From sequence record PV805633.1: a stretch of 64,000 nucleotides of DNA; one strand, 5' to 3'. Every line of letters starts with the position of its first letter. Within the stretch, counting starts at the first letter, position 1. This document shows positions 37,701-48,551 of the stretch, in pieces. The translations under genes and the position numbers were made by a program. The stretch comes from a phage. Below the pieces are notes generated by a model. That model did no database searches. It saw nothing but the letters and a program-made list of their open reading frames with translations, and had not been told where the DNA came from.

Positions 37701-40700
37701 AAACTCAATATTGTTAGCACCCATGATGGTATCGAACTTCTGCTGTGCATAGTAACGGTCAGCAGGGTTAGTACTATCTGGGTCAGTCATGAATGATTCA
37801 ACAGTCAGGTTCTTAGTAACGTGTGCATAGTATTCCTGTGCACGAGAAAGAGCAGCCGGACTAATAGCAGCTTCAGTAGCGAGTGCAGCAACAATGTTAG
37901 TAAAGAGACGCTGTTCCTGCATATTCATGGTAAAGCCATGAGCCTGAACATCACGGGTTACTTTAGTTGCGTGCTTTTTCGCATCAGAGAACTTACCTTC
38001 ACGGATTACTTGCTGTACTGGTTCTGAACCAATGTAGTTAGTAATCAGCTTATCAAAGGTCTGTCCTAACTCTTCCAGACGGGTATTGTCACCATATGCT
38101 TTGTTATGGAACAAGGTAGTATCTTTGGCTACAGCAGCCGTAGGAGCCTGACCACGCATAACTACTGAAGAGTTAAACAGTAAGCCAGAGAACATATCAT
38201 CTGCATTAGCAGGTGCTTTCTTGCGACCAAATACCAGACGTTTGATTGCTTCATATACTGACTGAACCATGGCTTTCAGTGCAGTGGTCTTCTTCTGCTT
38301 ACTAATTAATTCACGGTTAGTTAAGCCCCAAGCCATGTACTCATTCAGTGCAGCAGCTTTAGCCATTGCTGGTTCAATAAAGCCGTTAGACAAGTGACCA
38401 TTAATGGTATTAAGTGCATCAGCATATGCTTCACGTACTGCCGGAGATTCATCCATAACATCCAGATTACGGAACTGGTTCATCAAGTCTTCAATATTCT
38501 GGACTGCTTCATTAGGAGTACCCTCATAGTGAGCCAGTACAGATTCAAAAGTAGAAGCATGTACTAATTCATGAACCAGAGTCTCTAGGGAAGGGGTAAC
38601 TAAGTAGATGGTTTTATCATCAAAGTTAGTCCAGCCATACGCATTACCAGCTTCGGCAGCTTCAATATCTTCCGGTGCTGGACGAGTAATGTTCTTCTCA
38701 ATAGCATAGGCATCCAGTTGAGCAGGAGTACCGTAAACAACTTTGTAGTCTTTAGCAGCAAGGGATTTCTGTATCTCTTTCAATACTGCTTGCTGTTCTG
38801 GAGACATCTCTTTAGCCAGCTTGGTAATAGCAGTATTAGACAATAGACGTACACCAGACTTAAGTACACGACCAACTTGTTCCATTGCTGGCACTTCTTT
38901 AGTAGGTACTTCTTTCACTGGATCTGCTTTAGCAGCACGTACTGCATCACGACGCTTATTTAATTCAGCATCAAACAGTTCGTTCAGCTTAGCTACTTGC
39001 TGGTCTACAGTCAGTCCCTCAAGAGAAATTTTACCGTTGTTCACATAAGGAGCACCTACAGCAGCCATCTGGTCAACAGTGGTCTGTACCTGGTTCATTA
39101 CTTTGTGGCGAATATCCACACTTAAAGCAATGTTACGCAGGTTACGCTCAATAAGGTTAACACCGGAATTCTTAATCATATCAATCTTATACTGCCTGTC
39201 TCCCTCAACGCGACTGATATGAGAAAGCTGTTCAAAATCTAAAGCGGAACGGGCAATGTCATCAATTGTCTTATCTGACAACTTATCAAAGTCTACATTC
39301 TTCAAGAACTCAGAGAAGGATTCATATACAGCCTTGATAGGATTCCCCTGCCAGGAAGTGTATACAGCCTCGTTTGCTTTACGACTTGCATCAGTGATGT
39401 CACTAATACCAATGTTCATACCATCAAAGATTTTCAGGGTATTCTTCGGAGCACCTTTCATAGTAGAAAGGGTCTGCATCATCATGCCATCACCAGTACC
39501 GATGGTCATAAATGGAATACCTGCAACACCTGCTTGTGAAGGAGCATAGATGCTCATTGGCACACGCATACGGTCATCTAAGTTGGTAGCCAGTACTTGG
39601 TTAGCAACGTCAGTACTCTCACTGCCAGCAAGGTAGAAAGTCTGTGAGCCAGTCTCAATCATTGGAGCCAATGGAGATAATGATTCCTGGATTTCATTCA
39701 GTTCTTTCTGTGTTAAGAAATCACCCTTCTTCCAGGTTGGGTCTTTTTCTTTTTCTGCTAGCTTAGCCTGTACTGCTTGCTGGAACATATCCTGCAATAC
39801 CAGGGACTGAATCTGAGTAGCCTTCTGCAAGTTCTCAGTAGAGTACATCAGACCTTCACCAACAGTATTACGGATACCAGTACGCATTGGTTCAACGAAC
39901 AAATGGAGCATATTCTCTTGTAAGTTCTTCAGAGCATTACCGGATACGGTAAATTTCTGAGGGTCTAACTTACCAGTCAGAGCACCATCTACTTCCTTAA
40001 TAAATAACTTACCCTTACGCTTAGCTGGAATCTTACCGGTCAGTGCTTCCATAGAAGTAAGGAAAGTATCCAGCATAGCCTGAGCATCTGCCTCAGACGC
40101 AGCCTCCTTACCAAACATTGCCATAGCCGGGGAAATGCTAGGGTCAGCAGCACGTGCTTGCAGAACGTCGCTGAAGCGTTCGTAGATGGTGTCAGTAATT
40201 GCACTGACCATCTTGCCAGCAATACCACGAGCACCAGAACCATAGATGGTAATGGTCAGAGGGTTCTTAGCGATACCACGTTTCAGGTCCAGAGTACCAT
40301 CTTCATTCAGGTTAAAGTCTTTAATGAACAGGTCCATTAACTTCTGGAGATGATTTATCTGGTTCATAACTGGAACGTTGTTACGGTAAGTAGTACGTAA
40401 CTCATTCAGTGCTTGTTGTAGACCATTGGTAGATGCTTCATACAAGTCAACATTATCGTCGATAGAACAATGTTCATTCATCGTTTTACCAGCACGACCG
40501 AAAAACAAACCACCTTTAGCAGTGTTCTTAATCCAGTCTGGGGTGAACTTACCACCAGTCATTAATACCATTGCATTGATTGGGCCGTTGGTTACACCAT
40601 CAGCTTCAACGTACAGAGGGGTAGTAAAATTAGCACGGTCATCACTGTTCAGGTAACGGGCATATTCCATCAGAGCCATGAGAGCCACGAAGGATTTGTT

Positions 40701-43700
40701 ATCACCCAGAGAGGTTTTCAGAATATCTACTGCATCAGTAGGTAAGTAGCCAGACTTATCAAACTCGACCATCATATCAACAGCAGGTTTCAGATTACCT
40801 TCCAGGGCTTTGGTCAGATTTTCAGACATAGCTTCACGGGACATTTTATGTACCTTGATGCCCAATGCCTGAGCCAGTCCTAGCTGGAAGTCAGAGAACG
40901 CTTGGCTGTTTTCATTACTCAAGTCGATAGTAGAGAAGGTTGGCAGAATTGCTTCACGAACCAGTTTACTGGATTGTGGGTTATTCTTACCAAGCATCTG
41001 CATACGACCTACACGGGTCATGTTGTAACCGTAGTGGATAGGTGTATCCAGTCCATCCTCTTGTTCTTTTAGCTGATTAATTAAACCAAACAAGGAATCA
41101 TATGCCATAGACACAGACAGGTTTTTACCTTCCAGAGATTTGGCAGTGTTTTCATTCAGCAAATCAGGATTAAGAGAACCAGCACCCATCAGTTCCAGAA
41201 TGCCGTCTCGACCTAATGCTTCATAGAAATTAACCATCGGCATGTGTACACGGAACTCCGTAGCCTGTTCAGCTTTCAGAGCAGCTTTCTGTTCTGGGGT
41301 ATTCCTAACCGCAGGGTTACGTAACTGAGTTTGAGCCACAGAAGGAATGTCGTCACCGAAGTACGTTTTCTCTTCCGGGTTTACCAAAACAGCTTCTTCA
41401 ATTGCTGTAAGGAAATTATTAATAGGGTCTTTATCAGCCAACTTATTAATAGTGTACAAACCAATAGTCTTATTAGAGTCCGGGTCAATCTCAGACACAT
41501 CCAGCATAGTCTCAGTAACTGCACCCATCTCGATGAGGGAAGACAGAATCTCTGTAGCCATTGCCACTGGAATACCCTTGGTATAACCCAGTGGTGCATT
41601 AGGGTTACGGTTTAAACCCCAGTAGGATTCAATCTTTTGAGCCAGTGAGTTAGTAGCCTCAATCAGAGTCTGGGCATTATCAAACTCAGCCAGAATACTT
41701 TCTGGTAACAGAGATGCATCTACACCAGTAATAGCAGCTACGTCTTTCATGTCTTTAATGGCAGCATTCTGTGTAGCAGTCAGTCGCCATTGCAGACCGG
41801 CAAGTACAGCAGTCTCTAACAACTGGTCATTGAACTTAAAGGTATCCCCGTCTTTCTCTACGATGTTAAGTAACTTACCACCTACCCAACGGTTAGCCTC
41901 AGTACCTTCTGCAAAACGTTTACCAACATTTTTATTAGCAAGGAACTTAGCCAGTCGTTCAGACAGAGTAGCCTTCAGAGTTTCCCCAAAGTCCATCAAG
42001 TCCTGATAACGTTCTAACACATCACCTGCGAGAACGTTATTTTCTTTTTGAGTGAACGCTTCAAAGCGAGCAGCAGAAGACAGTGCTTTCTTGATATCAG
42101 CCAAAGGAGATTCAGAGCCAATGGTACGGGACTTAGGTTCTTCCGGTAAGGTAAATGCTTTCAGGAACTGGTTCGGTGTCTTCTCATTGTTATAGACAGG
42201 GAACACTGCTTCCATTCCAGAAAGGGGTTTGCCACCCACTGTATAATCTGCTTTCAGCTGAGCCAGTGATACTTCATCCTTCTCCACGTTGTTAGTGTTA
42301 CGACCAGAGGTATCTACACCAACCAGTATCTGTGCATTATTAGCTTCAACGAAAGACTGAACAGTATTGAATTGTTCAGCAGTCAGCTTCTGATTATCAA
42401 ACAGTTGCAGAGATACGAATGGTTGTTCACTACCTTTATAGAAGGTAGAGCGAATAGCACCTGTATCCAGAGACATATCACGATAACCATCGTGACCAAA
42501 TACATCGGACAGGCTGATATGGTCGCCATTAGAACCAACCACAGTACCATCAGCAAACAGCCATGGACTCTCCCTACGATCACCATACTTATTAAGAGTT
42601 TCCTGTGAAATAGTATTTTCTTTCACATAAGCATCTCTCTCAGATTCAGTAGGTTGTTCGACGGTATCCTCATTAGTGGGGGTAGCCTCATCTACAACCG
42701 GGCTAGTCTTTTCAGACTTAGGTACTTTCTCTTCCTGTACAGGTGTAACTTCTGGCTGGGAGAATGTATTACGTACATAGTTCATAAAATCATTACGTGC
42801 TTGAGAAGGAGAAGACCATACTTCCCGTGTGCTACGTAAACTAAAGATTCGACCTTCAGGAGTCATTACGTAAGGTACATTTGTTTCACCGTACTTAAAT
42901 GAAGTGAGCACGTCTGACTTACCAGTAACAGTGCTTTCCCCTGGAATGACAATAGTCTTACCACCAGTAGAAGGAACAGCACGAACACCCTCAATATCCT
43001 TACCAAGAGAAATATACTCTTTACCGTTGTAATCAAAGTACTGACCTATCTGCATATAGGTAGCTTGTTGCTTACCAGTAAACTCAGCAGTTTTCATCTC
43101 CGGGCCATTAGGTACAGACGTACTTTCAGACTTAGGCTTAGATACTTTCTCTGGTTCTGACTTAGACTCTACAGTGTTAGGAGCAGTTTTATTGTTTACC
43201 ACTGGTTTAGCTTTAGATTGTACAGTAGTAGTGTCCTCTTGCACTGGTGCAGGGGTTTCATCAACCTGATTCACTGGTTCATTAGTCTGTTGAGACTGAG
43301 TGGCATTAAGACCACCTTGACGGAACTCTTTAACTACCTGGGCAGCTGGCTTGTTCAGACGTGAATCCAACGAGGTAACTTTCACATGAGAAACATTAAG
43401 CTCCGGGTAAGCCGTAGCAAGTGCGTTAGCAATATCAGCTACGGTCTTAGCTTCCAGCGCTACTTGCTGGGCAAACTTAACAGACTTGGTATCATAAGGA
43501 TTGACACCGAGGCCAGTACGACTACGTACCCATTCACGGGTAGGCGTGAGAGCCTGATAATGAACAGACTTATTCTTATCCGCATTCCCCGAAATCAGAT
43601 GCTCATTCAACGCTCCGACCTTATTCTGCATGTGCTGGGCGAACTTCATAAAATCGCTCAGATAAGCGGAGGCCAAATCGAAGTTACCAGAGTTATACGC

Positions 43701-46034
43701 AGAACGAATGCGTTTCGCATGTTGCAACGCAGAGTACTGTCCTTCATTAGAACGAGACTCGTCGGTTTTAATCTGTTTACTAACGATGTCTTGACGACGT
43801 AAGCCCAGTTCTTCTGCTTTAGCATCATACTCACGTGCACCCTGTAATAGAGCAGCAGCTGATTGCAGGGCAGCACGTTGACGATTATTCAGTGTAATCT
43901 TACCTTCACTCGCATGCTTCAGAACCATGTTCACTGAATCTGCATCCAGTACTTCTGGAGACATATCAGCAGCCATAGCAATGTTGTTTGCTTGGGCTTG
44001 GTTAGCTTCTTCAGTAGCTTTCAGTTTACCTGCTTCAGCCTGTTCCTGAATCATAGAATGGATGGCACGGAATGCACGAAGTACTTTAGGGGTATTCTGT
44101 ATGTTAGCCATCAGGCCGGAGAACTGGTCTACGATTGCAGCAGCAGGAGAACCTTGTTCCAGATTAGCCAGAGCACCTGGGTCACGGTTAATGAAGCTAT
44201 CCATAGACATGATGTTGTCATACATCTGGATTGCAGCTTCCATTTGAACGTTAGGGTCTTCAGCAGTATTAACCAGGTCAGCCATCTTCTGAATAGCTTC
44301 CACACGGTTAGTGGAACCAGAAACAGCTTCACGGATTACTGGGCTGGCTTGTTCCAATTCTACTGGGTCAAACTTCATTGCCTGGGTTAAGTCAGCAGCA
44401 TACTGGGTAGCAGCAGCCTTCTCTTCTGGAGTGATGTCCATTGCATCTACTGCTTCCTGTACAGTTGCTTGTGCTTGCTCTGCTTGAGCAGCAGCTTCCT
44501 GTGCAGCAGCATTAACCGTAGCATCAGCTACAGGGGATGCTTGTTCATTACGCTTAGCAACTTCTTCACCACGTTGAACCAGGATGTTAGTAAGAGGGGA
44601 TGCAGCTTTAGCTAATGTTTTACCAACCAGAGAAGCACCTGCCAGAGTAGTACGAAGAGCGGGGCCAGCAGCAGCACCGGCAGCTTTAACAGTTGCACCT
44701 GGAGCTTGAGCAACCCCAGCACTACCGAAGCCATAGAGTGCACCAAGACCCGCTTGCTCACCGACACCTTTGAGGGTATCTCGGGATGCATCAACATTTT
44801 CCTTGATTGCACGGTTCTGTGCGAACTGACCAAAGCCTGATTGAGTACCCTCTTCAAAAGTCTGAGCACCAAGGTTAGTAAGGGCTGCCCCAGCAGAACC
44901 AACCCTCATGGGGTTAAGTTCAAACTTAGATACTAACGGACCCATAGCAGCAGCAACTGGAGCAGTTAAGCCAGCAGCAATGATACCTGTTTCGGATGCA
45001 GTCTGACGACGTGCTTCATCAGGAGATAAACCATCAGCAATATGTTGTTGGTAAACAGGAGACTTACTTGCCAGTTCTGGATGGGACATCTTCATGATTT
45101 CAGAAGCAGTCTGTTGGTATGCACCACCAGCTTCCATACCACCGATTGCAATAGCAGGTGCAGCAACACGACCAGTAGACAATGCAACCTGTGCAGGACG
45201 TGAACCTAACCCAGCAGCTAAGGTAATACCCTTAACAGCTTTATCACCACCTACCATTACTTTACCGAGTGCAGATACACCACGGATAAGAGGACCACCA
45301 GTAAAGAGGGAACCAACACCTTCACTCAGTCCATCTGAGGCAGCCATACCATTATCAAGTGTATTAGCAACAGAGTCGAAAGCGTCACGACCAATGCGAG
45401 ACAGGGAGGCAACCAAATCGCTCTCCCCATTTTTGATGTCCTGTTCATAGAGTTTCTGGTTCTTTTGAGCAGAAATCTGGTTCTGATTCTGAACAACTTT
45501 ACGGGTAGCATTCAGTGCATCAGACTGTAGACTATGCACGCCTTCATTCAACCAATCCATCCCGGAAGCAATGGTTGCCCCGGCATTATCATTGACCAGA
45601 CCTGCGCCAAGAGCAGCAATGCCCCCAAGGGTATTAGCAACACCAAGACCAACACCAGAAAGAGTATCGCCAAATGCTTCTGCGTTAGTACGCTGTTTAG
45701 ATAAGTCCTGACGTACAGCATCCGCAGCATTAGCTCGGCTATTAAGAATCTGTAAACCTTGCTCATTACCGTACTTATTAATGATTTCTAAAGGGGAGGC
45801 TTGAGTGAAATCTGCTTGAAGTGAACCTGGTTCGAATGCACCGATTCCAAGATTACCTACTCGTCCAGTCTGGAGATTGTAAGCATTCTCTGGGGTTAAT
45901 TGGAAAGGGTTTTGCCCTTGTGCAGCTTGCTTCTGAGCGGTTGCAGTAGAGACATCGACTTGCTTAGCATTAGTGATGCTGTCTGCGAAACCTGCCAGAC
46001 GGTCAAATGTTGACATAGCATGTTTCCTGTTCAA
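34770..46034 (-). CDS. virion RNA polymerase (N4 gp50-like giant vRNAP), 3754 aa
   Basis: Intact ORF; central T7-like motifs EADGVTNGPINAMVLM (A), LKRGIAKNPLTITIYGSG (B), KIFDGMN (C); AGGAAAC SD. Confidence 0.8.
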   Translation of the reverse strand: MNRKHAMSTFDRLAGFADSITNAKQVDVSTATAQKQAAQGQNPFQLTPENAYNLQTGRVGNLGIGAFEPGSLQADFTQASPLEIINKYGNEQGLQILNSRANAADAVRQDLSKQRTNAEAFGDTLSGVGLGVANTLGGIAALGAGLVNDNAGATIASGMDWLNEGVHSLQSDALNATRKVVQNQNQISAQKNQKLYEQDIKNGESDLVASLSRIGRDAFDSVANTLDNGMAASDGLSEGVGSLFTGGPLIRGVSALGKVMVGGDKAVKGITLAAGLGSRPAQVALSTGRVAAPAIAIGGMEAGGAYQQTASEIMKMSHPELASKSPVYQQHIADGLSPDEARRQTASETGIIAAGLTAPVAAAMGPLVSKFELNPMRVGSAGAALTNLGAQTFEEGTQSGFGQFAQNRAIKENVDASRDTLKGVGEQAGLGALYGFGSAGVAQAPGATVKAAGAAAGPALRTTLAGASLVGKTLAKAASPLTNILVQRGEEVAKRNEQASPVADATVNAAAQEAAAQAEQAQATVQEAVDAMDITPEEKAAATQYAADLTQAMKFDPVELEQASPVIREAVSGSTNRVEAIQKMADLVNTAEDPNVQMEAAIQMYDNIMSMDSFINRDPGALANLEQGSPAAAIVDQFSGLMANIQNTPKVLRAFRAIHSMIQEQAEAGKLKATEEANQAQANNIAMAADMSPEVLDADSVNMVLKHASEGKITLNNRQRAALQSAAALLQGAREYDAKAEELGLRRQDIVSKQIKTDESRSNEGQYSALQHAKRIRSAYNSGNFDLASAYLSDFMKFAQHMQNKVGALNEHLISGNADKNKSVHYQALTPTREWVRSRTGLGVNPYDTKSVKFAQQVALEAKTVADIANALATAYPELNVSHVKVTSLDSRLNKPAAQVVKEFRQGGLNATQSQQTNEPVNQVDETPAPVQEDTTTVQSKAKPVVNNKTAPNTVESKSEPEKVSKPKSESTSVPNGPEMKTAEFTGKQQATYMQIGQYFDYNGKEYISLGKDIEGVRAVPSTGGKTIVIPGESTVTGKSDVLTSFKYGETNVPYVMTPEGRIFSLRSTREVWSSPSQARNDFMNYVRNTFSQPEVTPVQEEKVPKSEKTSPVVDEATPTNEDTVEQPTESERDAYVKENTISQETLNKYGDRRESPWLFADGTVVGSNGDHISLSDVFGHDGYRDMSLDTGAIRSTFYKGSEQPFVSLQLFDNQKLTAEQFNTVQSFVEANNAQILVGVDTSGRNTNNVEKDEVSLAQLKADYTVGGKPLSGMEAVFPVYNNEKTPNQFLKAFTLPEEPKSRTIGSESPLADIKKALSSAARFEAFTQKENNVLAGDVLERYQDLMDFGETLKATLSERLAKFLANKNVGKRFAEGTEANRWVGGKLLNIVEKDGDTFKFNDQLLETAVLAGLQWRLTATQNAAIKDMKDVAAITGVDASLLPESILAEFDNAQTLIEATNSLAQKIESYWGLNRNPNAPLGYTKGIPVAMATEILSSLIEMGAVTETMLDVSEIDPDSNKTIGLYTINKLADKDPINNFLTAIEEAVLVNPEEKTYFGDDIPSVAQTQLRNPAVRNTPEQKAALKAEQATEFRVHMPMVNFYEALGRDGILELMGAGSLNPDLLNENTAKSLEGKNLSVSMAYDSLFGLINQLKEQEDGLDTPIHYGYNMTRVGRMQMLGKNNPQSSKLVREAILPTFSTIDLSNENSQAFSDFQLGLAQALGIKVHKMSREAMSENLTKALEGNLKPAVDMMVEFDKSGYLPTDAVDILKTSLGDNKSFVALMALMEYARYLNSDDRANFTTPLYVEADGVTNGPINAMVLMTGGKFTPDWIKNTAKGGLFFGRAGKTMNEHCSIDDNVDLYEASTNGLQQALNELRTTYRNNVPVMNQINHLQKLMDLFIKDFNLNEDGTLDLKRGIAKNPLTITIYGSGARGIAGKMVSAITDTIYERFSDVLQARAADPSISPAMAMFGKEAASEADAQAMLDTFLTSMEALTGKIPAKRKGKLFIKEVDGALTGKLDPQKFTVSGNALKNLQENMLHLFVEPMRTGIRNTVGEGLMYSTENLQKATQIQSLVLQDMFQQAVQAKLAEKEKDPTWKKGDFLTQKELNEIQESLSPLAPMIETGSQTFYLAGSESTDVANQVLATNLDDRMRVPMSIYAPSQAGVAGIPFMTIGTGDGMMMQTLSTMKGAPKNTLKIFDGMNIGISDITDASRKANEAVYTSWQGNPIKAVYESFSEFLKNVDFDKLSDKTIDDIARSALDFEQLSHISRVEGDRQYKIDMIKNSGVNLIERNLRNIALSVDIRHKVMNQVQTTVDQMAAVGAPYVNNGKISLEGLTVDQQVAKLNELFDAELNKRRDAVRAAKADPVKEVPTKEVPAMEQVGRVLKSGVRLLSNTAITKLAKEMSPEQQAVLKEIQKSLAAKDYKVVYGTPAQLDAYAIEKNITRPAPEDIEAAEAGNAYGWTNFDDKTIYLVTPSLETLVHELVHASTFESVLAHYEGTPNEAVQNIEDLMNQFRNLDVMDESPAVREAYADALNTINGHLSNGFIEPAMAKAAALNEYMAWGLTNRELISKQKKTTALKAMVQSVYEAIKRLVFGRKKAPANADDMFSGLLFNSSVVMRGQAPTAAVAKDTTLFHNKAYGDNTRLEELGQTFDKLITNYIGSEPVQQVIREGKFSDAKKHATKVTRDVQAHGFTMNMQEQRLFTNIVAALATEAAISPAALSRAQEYYAHVTKNLTVESFMTDPDSTNPADRYYAQQKFDTIMGANNIEFDAQGRSSILPTFVGLAMVSEEVRSVLANIPVMKADKKSGNTVDAMLTNIGTAAMASLNARVAGDTKATNVQEGMDALAQTIMQTSLNAQSFYDSVATPSGNAIDRANQYLVDSIDVLSTRVLESAREVAANTKNPLVKGAAHAAQLMAAIATEKNGANVAEGVMVAMNQGKVWQPFHDLVNDLTGRTKSNASVYDLIKAVRAQVQADRQQFREHLPTTIASKFSRKLTKDEWKAMYTGMGKTDLAVLRDTMSLAEIRDLLSDQKIVDREVNKLEADLQKQAGRNWPLINRKSKQLAQYMINGTVGKNLLRNATAISRMLGERKTTRSIVDVAQLDKLITLYALEAMNKSDREMLSSLAQTEVEGMDFATSYLVGQRKDEMAKAKSNMRATLNQYKGYIPSETKQGVSLVVAEDSEFGDLIEKSYVRLGTYQGSSANRGLARSYYFAPVQAQAPFSQGILQNVRNTAGGVDLGTGFTMGSMVAGRITDKPSVDRIAKALARGERGNEPLLPVYNAKGDVVAYEQSINPNMLKHIEGENHLARAIGVWRGRQVEEAKAQRFNDMLIENLYSMYKEDIKMSAANKSQYVNLFGSKLDPVTADALKLMNSETRRKAEKLFGEGELWVRRDMLNDALGYRAASIGDAWSGNSRWSPETLNTFKKAILGLAGNRAYKYLMGGENLVQNLVKDAKTLIVVKSVVVPVVNFLANLYQMVARGVPVKNIAKSIPQKTAEINQYLKSRLRQVDAEAELRAATNPNQIRKLKAEIQSITDSHKRMSIWPLIEAGEFSSIADAGIGRDDILITEGKLHEYMEKLADKLPKSVRAAGRYALITKDTALFQGIQKTVEYSDFIAKAIIYDELTQRKGKTREEALGRVTEEFINYDRLPGRFRGYMESVGLMWFYNFKIRSAKVAVSMIRNNPVHAAMAMLAPTPTMFGNVGLPIQDNIFSIAAKGSLDYSWGFGQGLRAHNLNPWMNLVN

Positions 46035-46081
46035 ACTTATATCGTATATAGGTAACCTACTCTACAGTAAGCCAGTGTAAG

Positions 46082-46100
46082 AAAAAAGCCCCGTAGGGCT
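46082..46100 (-). terminator. rho-independent terminator downstream of the corrected virion-protein stop
   Basis: Minus strand reads AGCCC-TACG-GGGCT followed by TTTTTT. Confidence 0.65.
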
Positions 46101-46119
46101 TTTATTAGTATGAAGTATT

Positions 46120-48074
46120 TTAAGGCATTTTCACATACCCAGGTATGCCTTGGGCTTGGCGTATATACCGTATAGCACGCTCCTGGTTTTCTTTCTCAGC
46201 CTCCCGATCTACGGAAGCCTGTGATCGAAAGTTACGAGGAGCCAGGTTTTGCGGATCAGCCTGTACCTGCCCCTGAGCATTTTTAAGCATTGCAGCAGCT
46301 CTAGCAACAGCCTCCTGTCGTGCAGGTAACAGTGCAGTAAGTGCAGTCTGACCTGTAGCAATCTTATTTGGGTGTTTGACAGTGCAGCTACGGCAGCATC
46401 ATATGCAGTCTGTGCTGCCTGAATATTCTGCATAGCCTGAGCACGACCAAGGTTACGTACACTTGCTTCAAGGGGTTCACCACGTTTTAACCCCTCAATC
46501 ATTTGGTCTACCTGACGGTCATTAAGTCGCAAGCCATTACCGGCTTCTGGGGTTTGCCCTATAGTTAGATAATCAATAAGACGTCCTGTATTACTTTCCG
46601 GTACGTTAGTCATTGCACGTTGAACAACAACACCTGCCATAGCAGGAGATACATTAGCACGCTGAGCAATATCATTGATACGAGCCACAACCCATTGTTT
46701 ATCTGCCCCCTTAAAGTCACCCTCTAGTAATCTGTTAGCAACTTCCCCAACAGTAGAAGTGTCATTTAAGGCAGGTAAATAATCAGGAGCAATACTTCCA
46801 GCATTGTCCTCCATAGAACGAGTACCAATCATACCGGTAGCCAGAGTAGATACTGCCTGATTACCTTGGTTATTCTGAACCATAGCTAGTGGGTCAGCCC
46901 CTACTTCAGCTTGGGCAATAACAGGTTTCATCTCTTCCCAAGTCATATCCTTATAAGCACCTGGAGTAGAGTTAGGCAGAGCAGCCCAAGTATCTTTAAG
47001 GTTACCGTTCTTACGGGCCTCGAAGATAGCCCTACCAATCTTATCCTGGTTCTCAGGAGAAAGAGGCTGGCTTTGCCAATCTGGACCAAGAACTTTAGGA
47101 GCGAAGTCTAGCAGAGTAGCTTGGTTAATCTGGAATGCACCAACAGGAGAAGCACCCTGCTTCGACTTCATACTATCCTGATGCTTAATTACATCACCAA
47201 TACTCATTTGAGTAATAGGAGTAGATGTACCAGCAAACTGGTAAGTAACATCATAAGGAGAACCCTGACGAGTACCAGCAGTACCTGGGGCAGACGTAGC
47301 ACCAACATTGTTACCGTAAACACCCGGATATGCTCGTGCAAGCATTTCCTGCAAACGTGCCTGTGCAACCGGAGACAGATGCTTACTATAAGATTCTGCC
47401 AGAATACGGGCATCGTCAGCATTCTCAGCACCACGAGTAATCAGTGCCATTACCCCCGTAGCAGCCTGACTATCAGCATCATTACGTTGAGCAACACCTA
47501 AATCAAAACGATTCTGTGCCTGATTAATAGCCTGACCACCCTGACCTTGAAGACGACTCAGCATGTCCAATTGCTGGTCAGCAGGGAGTGCAGACAATGC
47601 ATCACGGGTCTGACTTAATGCAGCATTAATACGGTTCTGGTCACCCGACTGATAAGCCTCAGACAGCAAACGAATAGCAGGGGAAGCATTATCTAATGCA
47701 GTGTTAGTATCCCGTAAACGATCAAAGTTATAAGTATTGTAGTCATTGGTTCCCTGCTGACCTTGTTGAGTCAACAGTGTACCTGCTCGCTCATCAAGGT
47801 TTTGGAGGGTACGCTGGTTTATCAATGAAGGGTCAACCCCCTGAAACAGTGCACCAGATGCCAAAGCATTGCGGTACTCAGTAGGGTCTTGGTACTGCAT
47901 AGCATTCATCATGACGGCATTGCCAGCCTCCTGCTTGGCAGCGTTCTGGAAATTACCCAGTGCATCACTTAAGCCGGAGGTGGCGTTACCAATCATGCTA
48001 CCAAATGTGCGAATGCTGTCACCAACTCCAGAGAAGTTAGGTGCATCAACATTTCTCCACGTTATCTGAGCCAT
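46120..48074 (-). CDS. virion structural protein (N4 gp51/52-like), with apparent 1-nt frame change near 46366-46372
   Basis: ORF track 46209..48074 ends in Leu-rich out-of-frame sequence; alternative frame gives a plausible Ala/Gln-rich tail ending at 46120 just before the terminator. Confidence 0.5.
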
Positions 48075-48086
48075 GATGGTTTCCTA

Positions 48087-48551
48087 TTAACGAGTTAATT
48101 TATTAGCTGCAATGTAAGCATCAGCCGAAGACTGGTCACGGTTCTCTGCTGTAGCACGACTACGAGCACGGTCTTCCAGTGCAGTGTTATAAGACTTAAT
48201 CTGATTATTCAGGTTAGTGTTAGTAACACTCTTAGTAAAGTTCAACTGGTCTTTGGCTAACTTGTTAGCCTGGAAACCACTATAGATACCTGCTAAGGAA
48301 CCAAGTGCACCGAGTCCTAGCTGGAAGGTAGGAATGTTCATTCCCAACTGATTAGCTGAACCAGATAAGAAAGAGGTGGGCGTAGTTAATCCTGTACCTG
48401 CATTCATACCAATAGCTGCACCCGGATTGTAGTTCATAGCTGGGGTATTAAAGTTCTGATTGTTATTAGACATCCAAGACATAGCAGCTGGCTGTGGGGT
48501 TTGGTTGCCTGTTAAGAATGACAAATCCATGGGGATTCTCCTGTTAAACAA
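48087..48551 (-). CDS. virion-associated protein
   Basis: ORF track; 8-nt overlap with upstream gene. Confidence 0.5.
   Translation of the reverse strand: MFNRRIPMDLSFLTGNQTPQPAAMSWMSNNNQNFNTPAMNYNPGAAIGMNAGTGLTTPTSFLSGSANQLGMNIPTFQLGLGALGSLAGIYSGFQANKLAKDQLNFTKSVTNTNLNNQIKSYNTALEDRARSRATAENRDQSSADAYIAANKLTR

Noticed and set aside
34941-45450. Many plus-strand ORFs of 60-138 aa inside the virion RNAP gene
   Set aside because: All lie within the single 11.3-kb minus-strand ORF that carries recognisable RNAP motifs
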